This document shows positions 37,770-50,302 of a stretch of 64,000 nt of DNA, piece after piece. The stretch spans positions 1 through 64,000 of the forward strand of contig JBFMDV010000027.1 in assembly GCA_040753875.1 (NCBI GenBank). Reading direction: 5' to 3'. A program made the translations under genes and the position numbers. The notes below the pieces were generated by a model. The model was given only the letters and a program-made list of their open reading frames with translations, was not told the DNA's origin and made no database searches. This DNA is from Candidatus Zixiibacteriota bacterium (GTDB taxonomy: Bacteria > Zixibacteria > MSB-5A5 > GN15 > FEB-12). The first letter of the stretch is position 1. Every line of letters begins with the position of its first letter.

Positions 37770-39560
37770 TTACACAATCAACATCAACCCGTCGTCGATG
37801 AGTTTGGTAAGTTCCTTGTGCGTGCGGGCCTTGGCTTCCAGGTTTTGCTTGATCTCCAACCGGAGCTCCGGATACAGGCTCTTCTTGAAGAGGATCTCCA
37901 GAATCTCCATAGAGGCCAGCCAATCGTGCGGGTGATTCGCTTTCAGGTCGGCCCACAGACCGGGCAGCTCGTCATATGGACGGCGGTGCTCGCGAATGTC
38001 ACGTATCTGCTGATACAGAGCATGAAGCCGCTTGGCGTGCACGTCGTAGGTAACCTTGATTGTTCGTTCCTTAGGAATTAGCGGCACCTGGTCGTAGGCA
38101 TCTTTGTCTGCGGCACCTGAGAACACCGACACGATTTTCTCCCCTACCGCCATATCGAACGTCCCCCAGTCCGGCTTGTACAGCACGCGGTCGCCAAAGG
38201 TCACTCTGCAATTGCTGATGATCAAGAGAATGACCTTGCCGTTCCGGCGCTCGATCCGGTCAAGATGCCCTTTGACAACAACGCCGCCATCAAAACTGAG
38301 CGTGATATCTTTACCCGTCTCGATCCCGTTCTCTCGAAGCTGGCTGTCGGTCATCGACTCCAATGCAATGCTCGTGCCTTTCAGTCGCCCCACCGGCGAG
38401 CCAAACCCATCGGCATGATAATCCTTGCCGTGACCATCGACCTGTTTATAGTCATAAGCGAGCGCCGACGGCCCGGTGGTTTTCAGATAGACCGGCTGAC
38501 CAGTTTTCCCCGGAATAATCTCGGTGAATCGCCCGGTCAGTTGTAGCCCCGATGAAAACTGGCAACTGCAGACATTGGCGCATTCGATCGCCTTATTTAG
38601 GCCCTCGGTCCCACCAACGGTGTACGCCATTGCAGCGACAAACTGGTCGAGCACGTGATTGAGATGGTTGAAATCCGGCGTCACGAACAGTTGCGGCTGT
38701 TTGGTAGTGATATCGAACGCATAATTGGCGGCATCGATCGTATACGGAATTTTCTTCACGTTCTCTTCAAGGCAGGACACCGCTTCACCAATCGACGACA
38801 AGAGCCCGGCCCCATAGATCTTTGGGTTCTCCATCGAGCCGATAAGGCCATACTCCACGGTCCACCAGTGTAATCGGCTCAATCGAGCCATCTCAGATGG
38901 TTCTCCCAGGTTCGCCTGGCGCTCCAGCACATCGTTCATCGCCCGGTCGACCTCCTTCGGGTCGGTGTCCGGCGCTTCTTTGAGAATCGAGAGATGGCGG
39001 ATTGCCTGGTACAGTTCGAAGTCCTTCTTTGAGGACATCGCCTTGGTCCCGACCTCGCCGAACCGTTTCAGGTACGCGGCATACTCGCCATCGACAATAA
39101 TCGGCGCATGCCCGGCTGCTTCGTGCACGATGTCCGGGGCCGGAGTATACTCGATATGATGAATCTGCCGCATGTCACAGGCAATGACGAGCACTTTGTA
39201 CGCCTGGAACTCCATGAACGCGGCCGGCGGGATGAACCCATCGACCGCCACCGCTCCCCAGCCGATCTTGCCGAGTATGTCGTTCATGTCCTCGATTCGC
39301 GGAATCGCTTCCAGGTTGATGCCCGTATTGAGCAGGCCGGTGAAGTAAACGCGGTGGGCGTTTTCTTTGAGGATATGTACCGCCTGTTTCATGATGTAGC
39401 GCCAGACGGCGTGGTCGACCGGGGTGTAGTCATTGAACCGCTGGTCGACGGCGAACTGCCGAAGATGATTCGGAAGTCTGCCCACCTGGGGGTTGTTGGT
39501 TCGAAATGCCGCCATGGTGGCCGACTGCGTGTTAGGCATGACACCGTTCTCCTTGTGCAC
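37770..39560 (-). CDS. phhA: phenylalanine 4-monooxygenase (pterin-dependent aromatic amino acid hydroxylase), long form with a roughly 290-aa C-terminal extension
   Basis: The catalytic core carries the iron-ligand His pair (VHEAAGHAP) and WWTVEYGL..KIYGAGLLSS, matching the biopterin-dependent hydroxylase family. 596 aa. Confidence 0.7.
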   Translation of the reverse strand: MHKENGVMPNTQSATMAAFRTNNPQVGRLPNHLRQFAVDQRFNDYTPVDHAVWRYIMKQAVHILKENAHRVYFTGLLNTGINLEAIPRIEDMNDILGKIGWGAVAVDGFIPPAAFMEFQAYKVLVIACDMRQIHHIEYTPAPDIVHEAAGHAPIIVDGEYAAYLKRFGEVGTKAMSSKKDFELYQAIRHLSILKEAPDTDPKEVDRAMNDVLERQANLGEPSEMARLSRLHWWTVEYGLIGSMENPKIYGAGLLSSIGEAVSCLEENVKKIPYTIDAANYAFDITTKQPQLFVTPDFNHLNHVLDQFVAAMAYTVGGTEGLNKAIECANVCSCQFSSGLQLTGRFTEIIPGKTGQPVYLKTTGPSALAYDYKQVDGHGKDYHADGFGSPVGRLKGTSIALESMTDSQLRENGIETGKDITLSFDGGVVVKGHLDRIERRNGKVILLIISNCRVTFGDRVLYKPDWGTFDMAVGEKIVSVFSGAADKDAYDQVPLIPKERTIKVTYDVHAKRLHALYQQIRDIREHRRPYDELPGLWADLKANHPHDWLASMEILEILFKKSLYPELRLEIKQNLEAKARTHKELTKLIDDGLMLIV

Positions 39561-39896
39561 CGGATCGGAAATGATGACCTGCCTGCCGCGCCGCGATTCC
39601 GGCAGCGGAGGCGCGTTGTCAACATATACTAAACAAGTCTAATATAAATACGGTTCGCCGGGTGGACAAGAGTTTGTTGGCCGGGTGACTCGGAACCAGT
39701 CCGCGCGGACGCCGGTTGAAAGAGTACCGGCTGCGGATTGGCGATCAAGGAGTTTGTCGGTCTATGAGCGGGCCAGAAAGGGCTTGATTCGAAACCGGTT
39801 GGCCGCTATGTTGGAGCGCGTTGTCTGTCGGTGAAACCGGCGGTGCGACGGTGCGATAATGGGCGGCAACGACCGTACATAACAGGAATTTTTGGT

Positions 39897-41036
39897 ATGG
39901 CGGATGTGATCGGAATCAGGGGATACGACTTCGTAGAGTTCTATGTGGGCTCGGCCAAGCTTTCGGCCTATTGGTTCGCCAAGGCCCTTGGCCTGGAAAT
40001 GACCGGTTATCAGGGACCGGAGACCGGTGTGCGGGACCGCATCTCGTTCTTGCTCACCAAGAACAAACTCAAATTCGTCATTACCTCGCCGCTGCAGCCG
40101 GGCACCTACGACATTCAGGGGTTCGTATCCCGCCACGGCGATGGTGTCAAGCGCTGGGCGATCGAGGTTGACAGTGTCGAACAGGCATTCCGCTACGCCA
40201 CGCAGCACGGCGCCGTCATGGTGACCAAACCACATCGCATCGAGGATCACCACGGGTATGTCGAGGAGGCCGCTATCCGGCTCTATGATGACACGGAACT
40301 CATGTATATTAACCGGGACCATTACGACTATATTTTCCGACCCGGATTCTGCAGCCCGATCCAGAAGATCGAGTTAACGTGCCAGGAGACCGGGATTGTT
40401 GGCATTGACCACATTGTCGGGAATGTCCGCGAAAACGAGATGAACCTCTGGGCCGAGTATTTCAACAAGACGATGGGGTTCGAGACTTTTGTCGATTTCA
40501 AGGCCGGCGATATCGGCACCAGGTACTCGGCACTTCTTTCTAAGGTTGTGCGCAGCTCAGACAGTCAGATTCGTAACCCGATTAACGAACCGTTTCAAGG
40601 CCTGAAAAAATCGCAGATCGAGGAATACATCGAACAGTACCAGGGCTCCGGCGTACAGCATATCGCCATCGCCACGGACAATATCGTCCAGTCCATCGCG
40701 GCCCTTCGCGCCAACGGCGTGGAGTTTCTGTATGTGCCCGACACGTACTACGATGCTCTGCGGAAACGAGGCGACTTGAAGATCGAAGAGAGTGTGGATG
40801 ACCTCCAGAAACACGGGATACTCTGCGATATCGAGGGGAACGGCTACCTGCTGCAGTTGTTTACCAAGCCGATTGGGGACCGCCCGACGTTCTTCTTCGA
40901 ATTCATTCAGCGCCACGGCGGAAGCCAGGGGTTTGGCAAAGGGAATTTCCAGGCGCTGTTCGAATCGATCGAACTTGACCAGAAGCTGCGCGGCAACCTC
41001 GACCGCGAGTACCAGACGGGGCTGCCGGCCTGCTGA
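39897..41036 (+). CDS. hppD: 4-hydroxyphenylpyruvate dioxygenase (alternative upstream start 39831)
   Basis: Two vicinal oxygen chelate (VOC) modules. Conserved C-terminal iron ligands (HIA..., QLFT...FFFEFIQR). About 380 aa. Confidence 0.85.
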   Translation: MADVIGIRGYDFVEFYVGSAKLSAYWFAKALGLEMTGYQGPETGVRDRISFLLTKNKLKFVITSPLQPGTYDIQGFVSRHGDGVKRWAIEVDSVEQAFRYATQHGAVMVTKPHRIEDHHGYVEEAAIRLYDDTELMYINRDHYDYIFRPGFCSPIQKIELTCQETGIVGIDHIVGNVRENEMNLWAEYFNKTMGFETFVDFKAGDIGTRYSALLSKVVRSSDSQIRNPINEPFQGLKKSQIEEYIEQYQGSGVQHIAIATDNIVQSIAALRANGVEFLYVPDTYYDALRKRGDLKIEESVDDLQKHGILCDIEGNGYLLQLFTKPIGDRPTFFFEFIQRHGGSQGFGKGNFQALFESIELDQKLRGNLDREYQTGLPAC

Positions 41037-41071
41037 GCCGATCCCTGGCACACATTTGAAGGAGAAGGTTC

Positions 41072-42238
41072 ATGCCGTTTTATCATAAACTGGGGAAGAT
41101 TCCGGCCAAGCGACATACGCAATTCTACAAACCGGACGGCAAGTCGCTATACCGCGAAGAACTGTACTCCACGCTCGGCTTCTCCGGCGTCTACTCGAAC
41201 AAGTACCACATTCACATGCCGACCTCCGTGCACAAGGTGCGCGAGGTGCCGCTCCACAAACCGGTAGACTGGCCGGATGCCCCGCTGCAGTATTACCACT
41301 TCTTCACCGACAGGAAGAAATCTGCCGGTGATTTCATCACCTCGCGCAACCTGTTTTTGGCCAATCCGCATTGCGCCATTTCGACCGCGCATCCGTCCGC
41401 CGACACCGACCTGTTTTTCAAGAATGCGTACGCCGATGAGTATGTGTTCATTCATCATGGCCAAGGCGCCCTCCTGACCGAGTATGGTCGCCTTCCGTTC
41501 GTTGAGGGAGACCAGATGATTATCCCCAAGGGGATCCCGTATCAAATCAAGTTTGAGTCCTGGAAAAACAACAAGATGCTCGTGGTCGAGTCGGATACGG
41601 CCTACGACATTCCCCATCATTTCCGCAACGAATACGGTCAGCTTGAAGAGAGCGCGCCATATAGCGAACGGGATATCAAGGTACCCGAGTACATGGAGCC
41701 GTTCGATCAGATCGGCGAGTTCAAGCTCATCGTAAAGGCCGGGAACCGCTTTTTTGAATATATTCTGCACCATCACCCGTTCGATGTGATTGGGTGGGAC
41801 GGGTATCACTATCCATATGCGCTGAATATCAAGGATTACAATCCCAAGGTCGGAAAGCTGCATTTGCCGCCGCCGACGCACCTGGCGTTCAATACCAAGC
41901 ACTTTGTTCTCTGCAATTTTGTGCCGCGCCCGTTCGATTTCGACCCCAACGCCATTCCAGTCCCCTACTGGCATTCCAACTGCGACAGCGATGAAGTGCT
42001 CTATTATGTCGAAGGAGATTTCATGTCGCGTTCCGGGATCGAGGAAGGCTCGGTCACGCTGCATCCGTCGGGCATGCCGCACGGTCCTCAGCCGGGAAAG
42101 ACCGAGGCGTCGCTGGGCGCCAAAGAGACAAACGAATACGCCGTTATGATCGATACGTTCATGCCCCTCAGGCCGACCCTGAATGTTCGGGAGACGCTCG
42201 ATGAGCGGTATACCCAGTCCTGGCTGCCGAAGGGGTAA
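41072..42238 (+). CDS. hmgA: homogentisate 1,2-dioxygenase (bacterial short form)
   Basis: GGAGAAGG RBS. Cupin-type HGD signature (PYWHSNCDSDEVLYYVEG, HPSGMPHGP). Confidence 0.8.
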   Translation: MPFYHKLGKIPAKRHTQFYKPDGKSLYREELYSTLGFSGVYSNKYHIHMPTSVHKVREVPLHKPVDWPDAPLQYYHFFTDRKKSAGDFITSRNLFLANPHCAISTAHPSADTDLFFKNAYADEYVFIHHGQGALLTEYGRLPFVEGDQMIIPKGIPYQIKFESWKNNKMLVVESDTAYDIPHHFRNEYGQLEESAPYSERDIKVPEYMEPFDQIGEFKLIVKAGNRFFEYILHHHPFDVIGWDGYHYPYALNIKDYNPKVGKLHLPPPTHLAFNTKHFVLCNFVPRPFDFDPNAIPVPYWHSNCDSDEVLYYVEGDFMSRSGIEEGSVTLHPSGMPHGPQPGKTEASLGAKETNEYAVMIDTFMPLRPTLNVRETLDERYTQSWLPKG

Positions 42239-42290
42239 ACCACCCACTTTCTACCGAGGACAATAATGCGACTGTCCGGAAACTCGCGTT

Positions 42291-43427
42291 ATGATTAGAA
42301 TCCCCCCACATATTCAATCGCTTCAACCGTACGTAGCCGGCAAACCGATTGCCGAACTGGCGCGGGAGAAAAATCTCTCCCGAATCGTCAAACTTGCTTC
42401 CAACGAAAACCCACTTGGCCCCTCGCCAAAGGCGCTCGAGGCGGCCCGCCTGGCGCTTCTGGAAAGCCATCGTTATGTCGATCCGGGCAGCTACGACCTA
42501 GTGCATGCACTTGCCGTCAAGCATCACAAACCGCCCCAGCAGATCGTCTGTGCTTCAGGCGTCGACGCGCTGTTAGGGTACATCATCAAGGCGTTTTCCG
42601 AGGATGGCGATGAGGTACTGACGTCGGAGGGGACCTTCATCGGCATTTACGTCAACACGAACAAACACCGCCGCCGCCTTTGTCAGGTACCACTACGCCA
42701 GTACCACTATGATCTAGACGCCATACTGGATGCCATTTCGCCGCATACCCGGATTATCTACATTGCCAACCCCAACAATCCGACCGGCACAATCGTCACC
42801 GCCGCGGAGTTCTCGCAGTTCATGACTAGAGTGCCGGCGGACATCCTGGTAGTGTTGGACGAAGCCTATTACAGCTATGCGGCCACCAACCCTGAATATC
42901 CCAGAGGGCTGACTTTGAATCACGAAAACTTGATCGTCGCCCGAACCTTCTCTAAGGACTACGGCCTGGCCGGCCTTCGGCTTGGCTTTGCAGTCGGCGC
43001 TGAGTATCTCATTCGTGAACTCTACAAGGTCAAACTGCCGTTCGAACCGAATTATATCGCCCAGTGTGCCGGCATCGCTGCGCTGACAGATGACGAATTT
43101 ATCCGCAAGGTCGTTGTGCTTAATGAGAGAAACCTGGCCAGGATGTCATTTCGACTGGCGGAACTGGGAATACAGCAGGTGCATTCCGATGCCAACTTCA
43201 TCCTTATGCTCATGCCCACGGAGCAGTTCGCCATGGATTTCAATGCGGCCTGTCTTGAGCGCGGTCTGATACTGCGTCACGTCAGGTCGTTCGGCATTCC
43301 CAATGGCATCAGGATAAACTCCGGCACCAATGAAGAAATCTCTTTTGCACTTGCGGTGATCGAAGAAGTATACGCGCAGCTTCATGGCCGCGAGCACGGC
43401 CGCTTGCCGAACACGAACAAAGGGTGA
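42291..43427 (+). CDS. HisC-family PLP aminotransferase, probably aromatic (tyrosine) aminotransferase in this context
   Basis: KLASNENPLGPSP, YIANPNNPTG and the PLP-binding Lys in TFSKDYGLAGLRLG. Confidence 0.75.
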   Translation: MIRIPPHIQSLQPYVAGKPIAELAREKNLSRIVKLASNENPLGPSPKALEAARLALLESHRYVDPGSYDLVHALAVKHHKPPQQIVCASGVDALLGYIIKAFSEDGDEVLTSEGTFIGIYVNTNKHRRRLCQVPLRQYHYDLDAILDAISPHTRIIYIANPNNPTGTIVTAAEFSQFMTRVPADILVVLDEAYYSYAATNPEYPRGLTLNHENLIVARTFSKDYGLAGLRLGFAVGAEYLIRELYKVKLPFEPNYIAQCAGIAALTDDEFIRKVVVLNERNLARMSFRLAELGIQQVHSDANFILMLMPTEQFAMDFNAACLERGLILRHVRSFGIPNGIRINSGTNEEISFALAVIEEVYAQLHGREHGRLPNTNKG

Positions 43428-43431
43428 GCGA

Positions 43432-44454
43432 GTGAAGTTCGTCAGTATTGTCACACATAAGGGAGACGAGCGCCTGGGGCTGTGGTATGACGGTGACGTC
43501 ATCGATGTGAAAGAAGCCGCCGCCCATCTCTCGCTGGACCTTCCGGCCACCATGGCTGAGTTTCTCAAAGGAGAAGACCGTTATATGGATCGCGCCCGGC
43601 GCGTACACGAGGCACATCAGTCGGGACGATTCACCAAGGCGATTCCGCGTTCCACGTACCACCTCCTGGCACCGGTGCCGCACCCGACTTCCTGTCGCGA
43701 CGGGTACGCTTTCCGCCAGCACGTCGCCACCGCCCGTCGCAACCGCGGACTGGAGATGATTCCCGAGTTCGACCAGTTCCCCGTGTTTTATTTCACCAAT
43801 CATCACAGCATTTTCGGCCCGGGGGATGTCACCGTGGAAAGCGACCACCTGCAGCAACTTGATTTCGAGCTGGAGGCCGCTATCGTCATCGGGAAAAGAG
43901 GCCGCAATATTGAAACGCATGATGCCCATCACTACATCGCCGGTTTCATGGTCATGAACGACCTCTCGGCGCGTGTCCTCCAAATGGATGAGATGAAACT
44001 GAGCCTCGGACCGGCCAAAGGAAAGGATTTCGCCACCGCGCTCGGCCCCTGGCTGGTGACGCCAGACGAGATCGATGCCCATGAGATTTCCACGCCGCAC
44101 GGAAACACCTGGGACCTTCAAATGAAGGCGTTCCATAACGGCAAACAGGTCTCCGACGGCAACATGAAGGAGATGAACTGGACGTTTGCTGAAATCATCG
44201 AGCGTGCCTCATACGGTGTCGACTTGTATCCGGGGGATGTTATCGGTTCGGGCACGGTCGGCACCGGCTGTTATCTCGAACTGAACGGCAGCGGTGCCCT
44301 CAGAGCCAAAGAGCGCGGCGAAAAGTTTCAGCCGACGTGGCTGCAGGCAGGAGACACTATCGAGCTTGAGATTACCGGTCTTGGGAAACTAAAAAACGTC
44401 ATCAAGAAAGCGCCTCACGACCACTCGATCCTCGCCAGGAAGAGAACCGCATGA
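43432..44454 (+). CDS. fumarylacetoacetate hydrolase (FAH)-family protein (GTG start 43432; upstream in-frame ATG 43384 overlaps the preceding gene)
   Basis: FAH-fold catalytic region (DFELEAAIVIGK, GDVIGSGTVGTG). Confidence 0.8.
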   Translation: MKFVSIVTHKGDERLGLWYDGDVIDVKEAAAHLSLDLPATMAEFLKGEDRYMDRARRVHEAHQSGRFTKAIPRSTYHLLAPVPHPTSCRDGYAFRQHVATARRNRGLEMIPEFDQFPVFYFTNHHSIFGPGDVTVESDHLQQLDFELEAAIVIGKRGRNIETHDAHHYIAGFMVMNDLSARVLQMDEMKLSLGPAKGKDFATALGPWLVTPDEIDAHEISTPHGNTWDLQMKAFHNGKQVSDGNMKEMNWTFAEIIERASYGVDLYPGDVIGSGTVGTGCYLELNGSGALRAKERGEKFQPTWLQAGDTIELEITGLGKLKNVIKKAPHDHSILARKRTA

Positions 44455-45428
44455 GCATGCGAGATATCAATCCGAAGGATGTCTCCGTCCGAGAGATATT
44501 TACCCTTCTTCAGGGGGGTGTGGCACCACGTCCAATCGCCCTCGTCTCGACGATCTCCGCCAAAGGTGATGTCAACCTCTCCCCTTTTTCGTTCTTCAAC
44601 GCGTTCGGCGGCAACCCACCCACCGTGGCCTTCTCCCCCTCCCGCCGGCAACGAGACGGCAGCATCAAACACACGTACTCGAATCTGATGGCCACTAAGG
44701 AGTGTGTCATTCAGGCAGTCACGTATGCGATGGTCCAGCAGGTCAGTCTCGCTTCCACAGAATACGCTGAGGGGGTCGACGAATTCCAAAAGACCGGCCT
44801 GACCCCGGTTCCTTCGGATCTCGTCAAGCCACCGCGTGTGAAAGAGTCGCCGTTTCAAATGGAGTGCACGCTCAAAGAAATGGTTCATCTTGGCGACGGT
44901 CCCGGCTCGGGCAATCTGGCGATCTGCGAGGTGCTGCGATTTCACGTAGCGGAGGACATCTTTAAGGACGGTGTCATTCACCCGGACTTTATCGATCTCG
45001 TTGGCCGCAACAGCGCCGACTTTTACACGCGAGCTTCCGGCGACGCTATCTTTTATGTCAAGAAGCCGCTCGAAAGACGCGGCATCGGATACGACCAGTT
45101 GCCGGAGTTCATTAGGACCTCAACTGTCCTCAGCGCCAACAATCTTGGGCAGCTTGGCAACACCGAGCGAATTCCTGCCGAAGAAGAAGTGACTTCGTTT
45201 GTTGCCGATTTAACGCCGATCGAGGGGGACGAGCATGCGCTTCACCGGTTTGAGCAGCGTAGTAACTACCACGGTATGACGCGCGTATGCGTATATCTTC
45301 TGGCCACCGGCTCCCCGCTCGCCCGGCACCTGCTGGAACGGTCCGCCAAATGTGCGCTCGAACACAACGATATTGAATTCGCTTGGAAGGTGCTTCTGCT
45401 CGGTCACCGCACCGGGCACCAGACATAG
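44451..45428 (+). CDS. flavin reductase-like domain protein with a roughly 120-aa C-terminal extension
   Basis: RPIALVSTISAKGDVNLSPFSFFNAFGGNPPTVAFS is the FMN-binding split-barrel flavin reductase signature. Overlaps the FAH stop by 4 nt. Confidence 0.6.
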   Translation: MSMRDINPKDVSVREIFTLLQGGVAPRPIALVSTISAKGDVNLSPFSFFNAFGGNPPTVAFSPSRRQRDGSIKHTYSNLMATKECVIQAVTYAMVQQVSLASTEYAEGVDEFQKTGLTPVPSDLVKPPRVKESPFQMECTLKEMVHLGDGPGSGNLAICEVLRFHVAEDIFKDGVIHPDFIDLVGRNSADFYTRASGDAIFYVKKPLERRGIGYDQLPEFIRTSTVLSANNLGQLGNTERIPAEEEVTSFVADLTPIEGDEHALHRFEQRSNYHGMTRVCVYLLATGSPLARHLLERSAKCALEHNDIEFAWKVLLLGHRTGHQT

Positions 45429-45458
45429 TCTCTCGTATCGGCAGGAGTCCCCACTTCA

Positions 45459-47399
<1,941 letters not shown>

Positions 47400-47440
47400 C
47401 GACTTTCGCAGCTCAGTATCCCCGTTCGCTTGGCTGCTCA

Positions 47441-47480
47441 AAAATAAGAGGGACAGGTTGTGCCTGTCCCTCGTCTTGTT
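47441..47480. terminator. bidirectional intrinsic terminator between convergent genes
   Basis: aaaaataa, then gagggacagg-ttgtg-cctgtccctc at 47448..47472, then gtcttgtt. Confidence 0.5.
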
Positions 47481-47502
47481 CCAAATTCCCAACCGGTCAA
47501 TG

Positions 47503-49602
47503 TCAGTGCGCATGTACCGACATGGCCTGTGACAGTCGATCGAGCGCCTCTTGCACGTCACGCGAGGCGGCCTCGGCAGCCTGGAGATACCGGCGCGCCT
47601 GATCTTTGTTTCCGGCCTTCAGCGCCTCCACCGCCTGGTTGGCCGATTGGTGCACCCGTTTGTGGTAGTCCTCGATCGAAGCAAACCCGTTGAGATGAGA
47701 ATACTTTTTCTGCCCCTCGGAATAGTACCACTTTCCAAACTGACACTCGCGATGTGTCAGGACCTTCCAATCGTTGAAATTGGCGCGACTATCTAGTACT
47801 GCCTCGAGCTTGTGCATGTAAGTTCCGTGCTGCTGTTTGGCGAGGGCCAAGATTCCAGTATCAGCACCCAATACATTGAACGTCGCCACCATCTGCCTCA
47901 GACCCTCGGCCTGGCGGTTCAATTCTTCGGCCGCTGCTGCGGATTGCTCGGCGCCGGTCGCCGTCTCCTTGGTCACCGAGGAAATATGCTCGATGTTCTT
48001 CGATATCTGCTCGGCTGCCGACGACTGTTCTTCGGCCGCGGTGGCGATCTGCTGGACCATATCCGTCACACGCTGCGCCATCACGACGATCTCGTTCAGG
48101 CTGCTGCCGGCTTTGTCCGCCAGGTCGCGCCCTTTGTCCACTTGCTGGATGCCCGCCTCCATCGAGTTGACCGCATCGTCGGTCTGCTTCTGAATCCCCT
48201 TGATCATTTCGGTGATCTCGCCGGTCGCCTTGCCGGTTCGCTCGGCCAGCTTACGCACCTCATCCGCCACCACGGCAAAACCGCGGCCCTGTTCTCCGGC
48301 GCGGGCGGCCTCGATGGCGGCATTCAGCGCCAGCAGGTTGGTCTGGTCGGCGATGTCGTCAATGACTCCGATGATCTCCCCGATCTGGTCCGCCGATTTG
48401 GCCAGTTTGGTGATCGATTCGGCCGATTCACGAACCACGTCGGCGATCTTCTGCATCCCCTGAATCGTGTCATTGACGATCTGTCCACCGCCCGTTGCGG
48501 TGTCGGCGGCCCCTTTGGCCGAGTTGGTCGCCTCTGACGCGTTCTTCGAGGATTCCAGGATTGTGGCCGTCATTTCCTCAACGGCCGTTGACACTTGGTT
48601 CACCTGGTCCGCCTGGTCCTTGGCGCCCCGGGCCATCTGCTCCGAGGTAGCGGCGATCTCGGTGGCGGCGCTGACCAGCTCGCGGGCATTGCTGTCCAGT
48701 TGCCGAATTATCGTTGTGAGATTTGTCGTCATAGTCTGAAACGAATTGCCGAGAATATCTTTCTCGGACTTTGGCTTCACCTGAACGGTCAGGTTGTTGG
48801 TAGAAATCTGTTCAGCAGCTGTAGCCAGTTCCTTCATATAGTCAATAAATTTGCGGAACGATGCAGCCAGAAGGCCTACCTCATCTTTCTGATTGATATC
48901 GATAACATGCTGAATATCCCCAATGGCGATATCTTCGGCAACCTTGGCAATGCTATTGACCGGACGCGCAATGCCGCGAGCTATAAAAAAGGCCAGCAAC
49001 GCACTAAGACAGAAGGAGACGATTGCCAGAATGATCCCGATTGAATTGGCTCGGGCGGTTGTGGACTCAACTTGCTCCATCCCCACTAGGAATTCCGCTT
49101 CGGCCTCAGTTTCATACGCCTTCAACTTCTCCTGAATCTCCATGAACGTGGCATCAAACCCGGCCATGAGCTTATTGCCCGCCTTTGGTCCATCTTTGAC
49201 ATACACCGCCGCCATCTCGATTCCTGCGTTGTAGTACTGTTCGAATGATGTTCCCATCGACTTAAGCTGATCCTTGTGTTCGGGATCAAGATCGTAGAGC
49301 TTCTGGAGCTGATCCCGGAATTCTTTGGCGGCGCTATCCGCAAGCCCGAGCCCGTCGCTCAATCCGTCGAGACCTCTCGTCGCTGAAATATCGCTGCAAT
49401 ACTGCTGTACCTGAATGGTTGCCTTGATTAGTTCGTTGGTTCCGTCCAGAATCGGGTACACAACCTCTTGATTGTGGTGGGCAGATGCTTTGATGCCATT
49501 GTAATTGAACAGGTTGAACCCTGCCAAAGTTAACATGATTGCAATCACGATGCCGAAGCCGATATATAGCTTGCTCGCGATTCTGATGTCCTTCCAGCTC
49601 AT
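47503..49602 (-). CDS. methyl-accepting chemotaxis protein with a C-terminal CZB (chemoreceptor zinc-binding) domain
   Basis: GGAGGA RBS before ATG 49602. Two transmembrane helices flank a periplasmic domain. HAMP and MCP signalling domain ([33 protein letters not shown]). C-terminal H..C..GKWYY...H motif. Confidence 0.85.
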   Translation of the reverse strand: MSWKDIRIASKLYIGFGIVIAIMLTLAGFNLFNYNGIKASAHHNQEVVYPILDGTNELIKATIQVQQYCSDISATRGLDGLSDGLGLADSAAKEFRDQLQKLYDLDPEHKDQLKSMGTSFEQYYNAGIEMAAVYVKDGPKAGNKLMAGFDATFMEIQEKLKAYETEAEAEFLVGMEQVESTTARANSIGIILAIVSFCLSALLAFFIARGIARPVNSIAKVAEDIAIGDIQHVIDINQKDEVGLLAASFRKFIDYMKELATAAEQISTNNLTVQVKPKSEKDILGNSFQTMTTNLTTIIRQLDSNARELVSAATEIAATSEQMARGAKDQADQVNQVSTAVEEMTATILESSKNASEATNSAKGAADTATGGGQIVNDTIQGMQKIADVVRESAESITKLAKSADQIGEIIGVIDDIADQTNLLALNAAIEAARAGEQGRGFAVVADEVRKLAERTGKATGEITEMIKGIQKQTDDAVNSMEAGIQQVDKGRDLADKAGSSLNEIVVMAQRVTDMVQQIATAAEEQSSAAEQISKNIEHISSVTKETATGAEQSAAAAEELNRQAEGLRQMVATFNVLGADTGILALAKQQHGTYMHKLEAVLDSRANFNDWKVLTHRECQFGKWYYSEGQKKYSHLNGFASIEDYHKRVHQSANQAVEALKAGNKDQARRYLQAAEAASRDVQEALDRLSQAMSVHAH

Positions 49603-49670
49603 GGCAAATCCTCCGCTTACCTCTACTTGCTTGAATTCCCGTACATGTCTCATACTGTCTTGATGACAAT

Positions 49671-50147
49671 TCACCATCTGTTGCTGTGCCGTCGGTTAGA
49701 TGCAGCCACGGCAGTCGCTCTAAAAGCCATACTTGACCTCAAATGCTGTAGTAAGTTTGCTGCTCTTCGGTACTTCGCCGGCTCCGACGAAGCTCGACCG
49801 GTTCGACCAGTCGTGCCGGATTTCAAATGCTGCTGGAGAGTCTGATCTTGTGAAGGCGCGGCTGTCACCAGTGCGCCTAAGGCCGCCTCAGCCGAGTTCG
49901 GCCGCAACAACTTGGTCGTGGTTGTTTCCAGTCGAGCCATTGCTGCTTGCACTTTGGTCGGTTCACCAGGCCGTTCGGCCGCCAGGACCACCTGCATGGC
50001 TAAGGCAAGTGCCAACCCTACAATGAACATGAGGAACAGAATCCTTGCCCGGTCCCTCCGTTGTCTGTTTCGTGATTGTATGTGCGTCATGCCGCCGAAC
50101 CCCTCCGTAGATGTCGCTCCAGTAGATGGTATGCCCCGCTCCAACAT
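49671..50147 (-). CDS. hypothetical small protein (weak call; may start at an internal Met)
   Basis: ORF only. Contains one hydrophobic helix. Confidence 0.2.
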   Translation of the reverse strand: MLERGIPSTGATSTEGFGGMTHIQSRNRQRRDRARILFLMFIVGLALALAMQVVLAAERPGEPTKVQAAMARLETTTTKLLRPNSAEAALGALVTAAPSQDQTLQQHLKSGTTGRTGRASSEPAKYRRAANLLQHLRSSMAFRATAVAASNRRHSNRW

Positions 50148-50302
50148 GGAGTAGTATTACCATGTGATTCGGGCGCTGGTGTCGTGGAGGTTAGGGATGG
50201 GGCGTTCGGCTACGGACGGAAATGCGATAATGCTCAATTTTCGGACTGTCAAGTCCTGGCGAAACGTTTCAGTTAGGAACGGGGCTTAGCCGACACGTGC
50301 GC

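Noticed and set aside
47812-48537. 241-aa plus-strand ORF
   Set aside because: It is antisense to the methyl-accepting chemotaxis protein gene, and its low-complexity product is Arg-, Gly- and Leu-rich.
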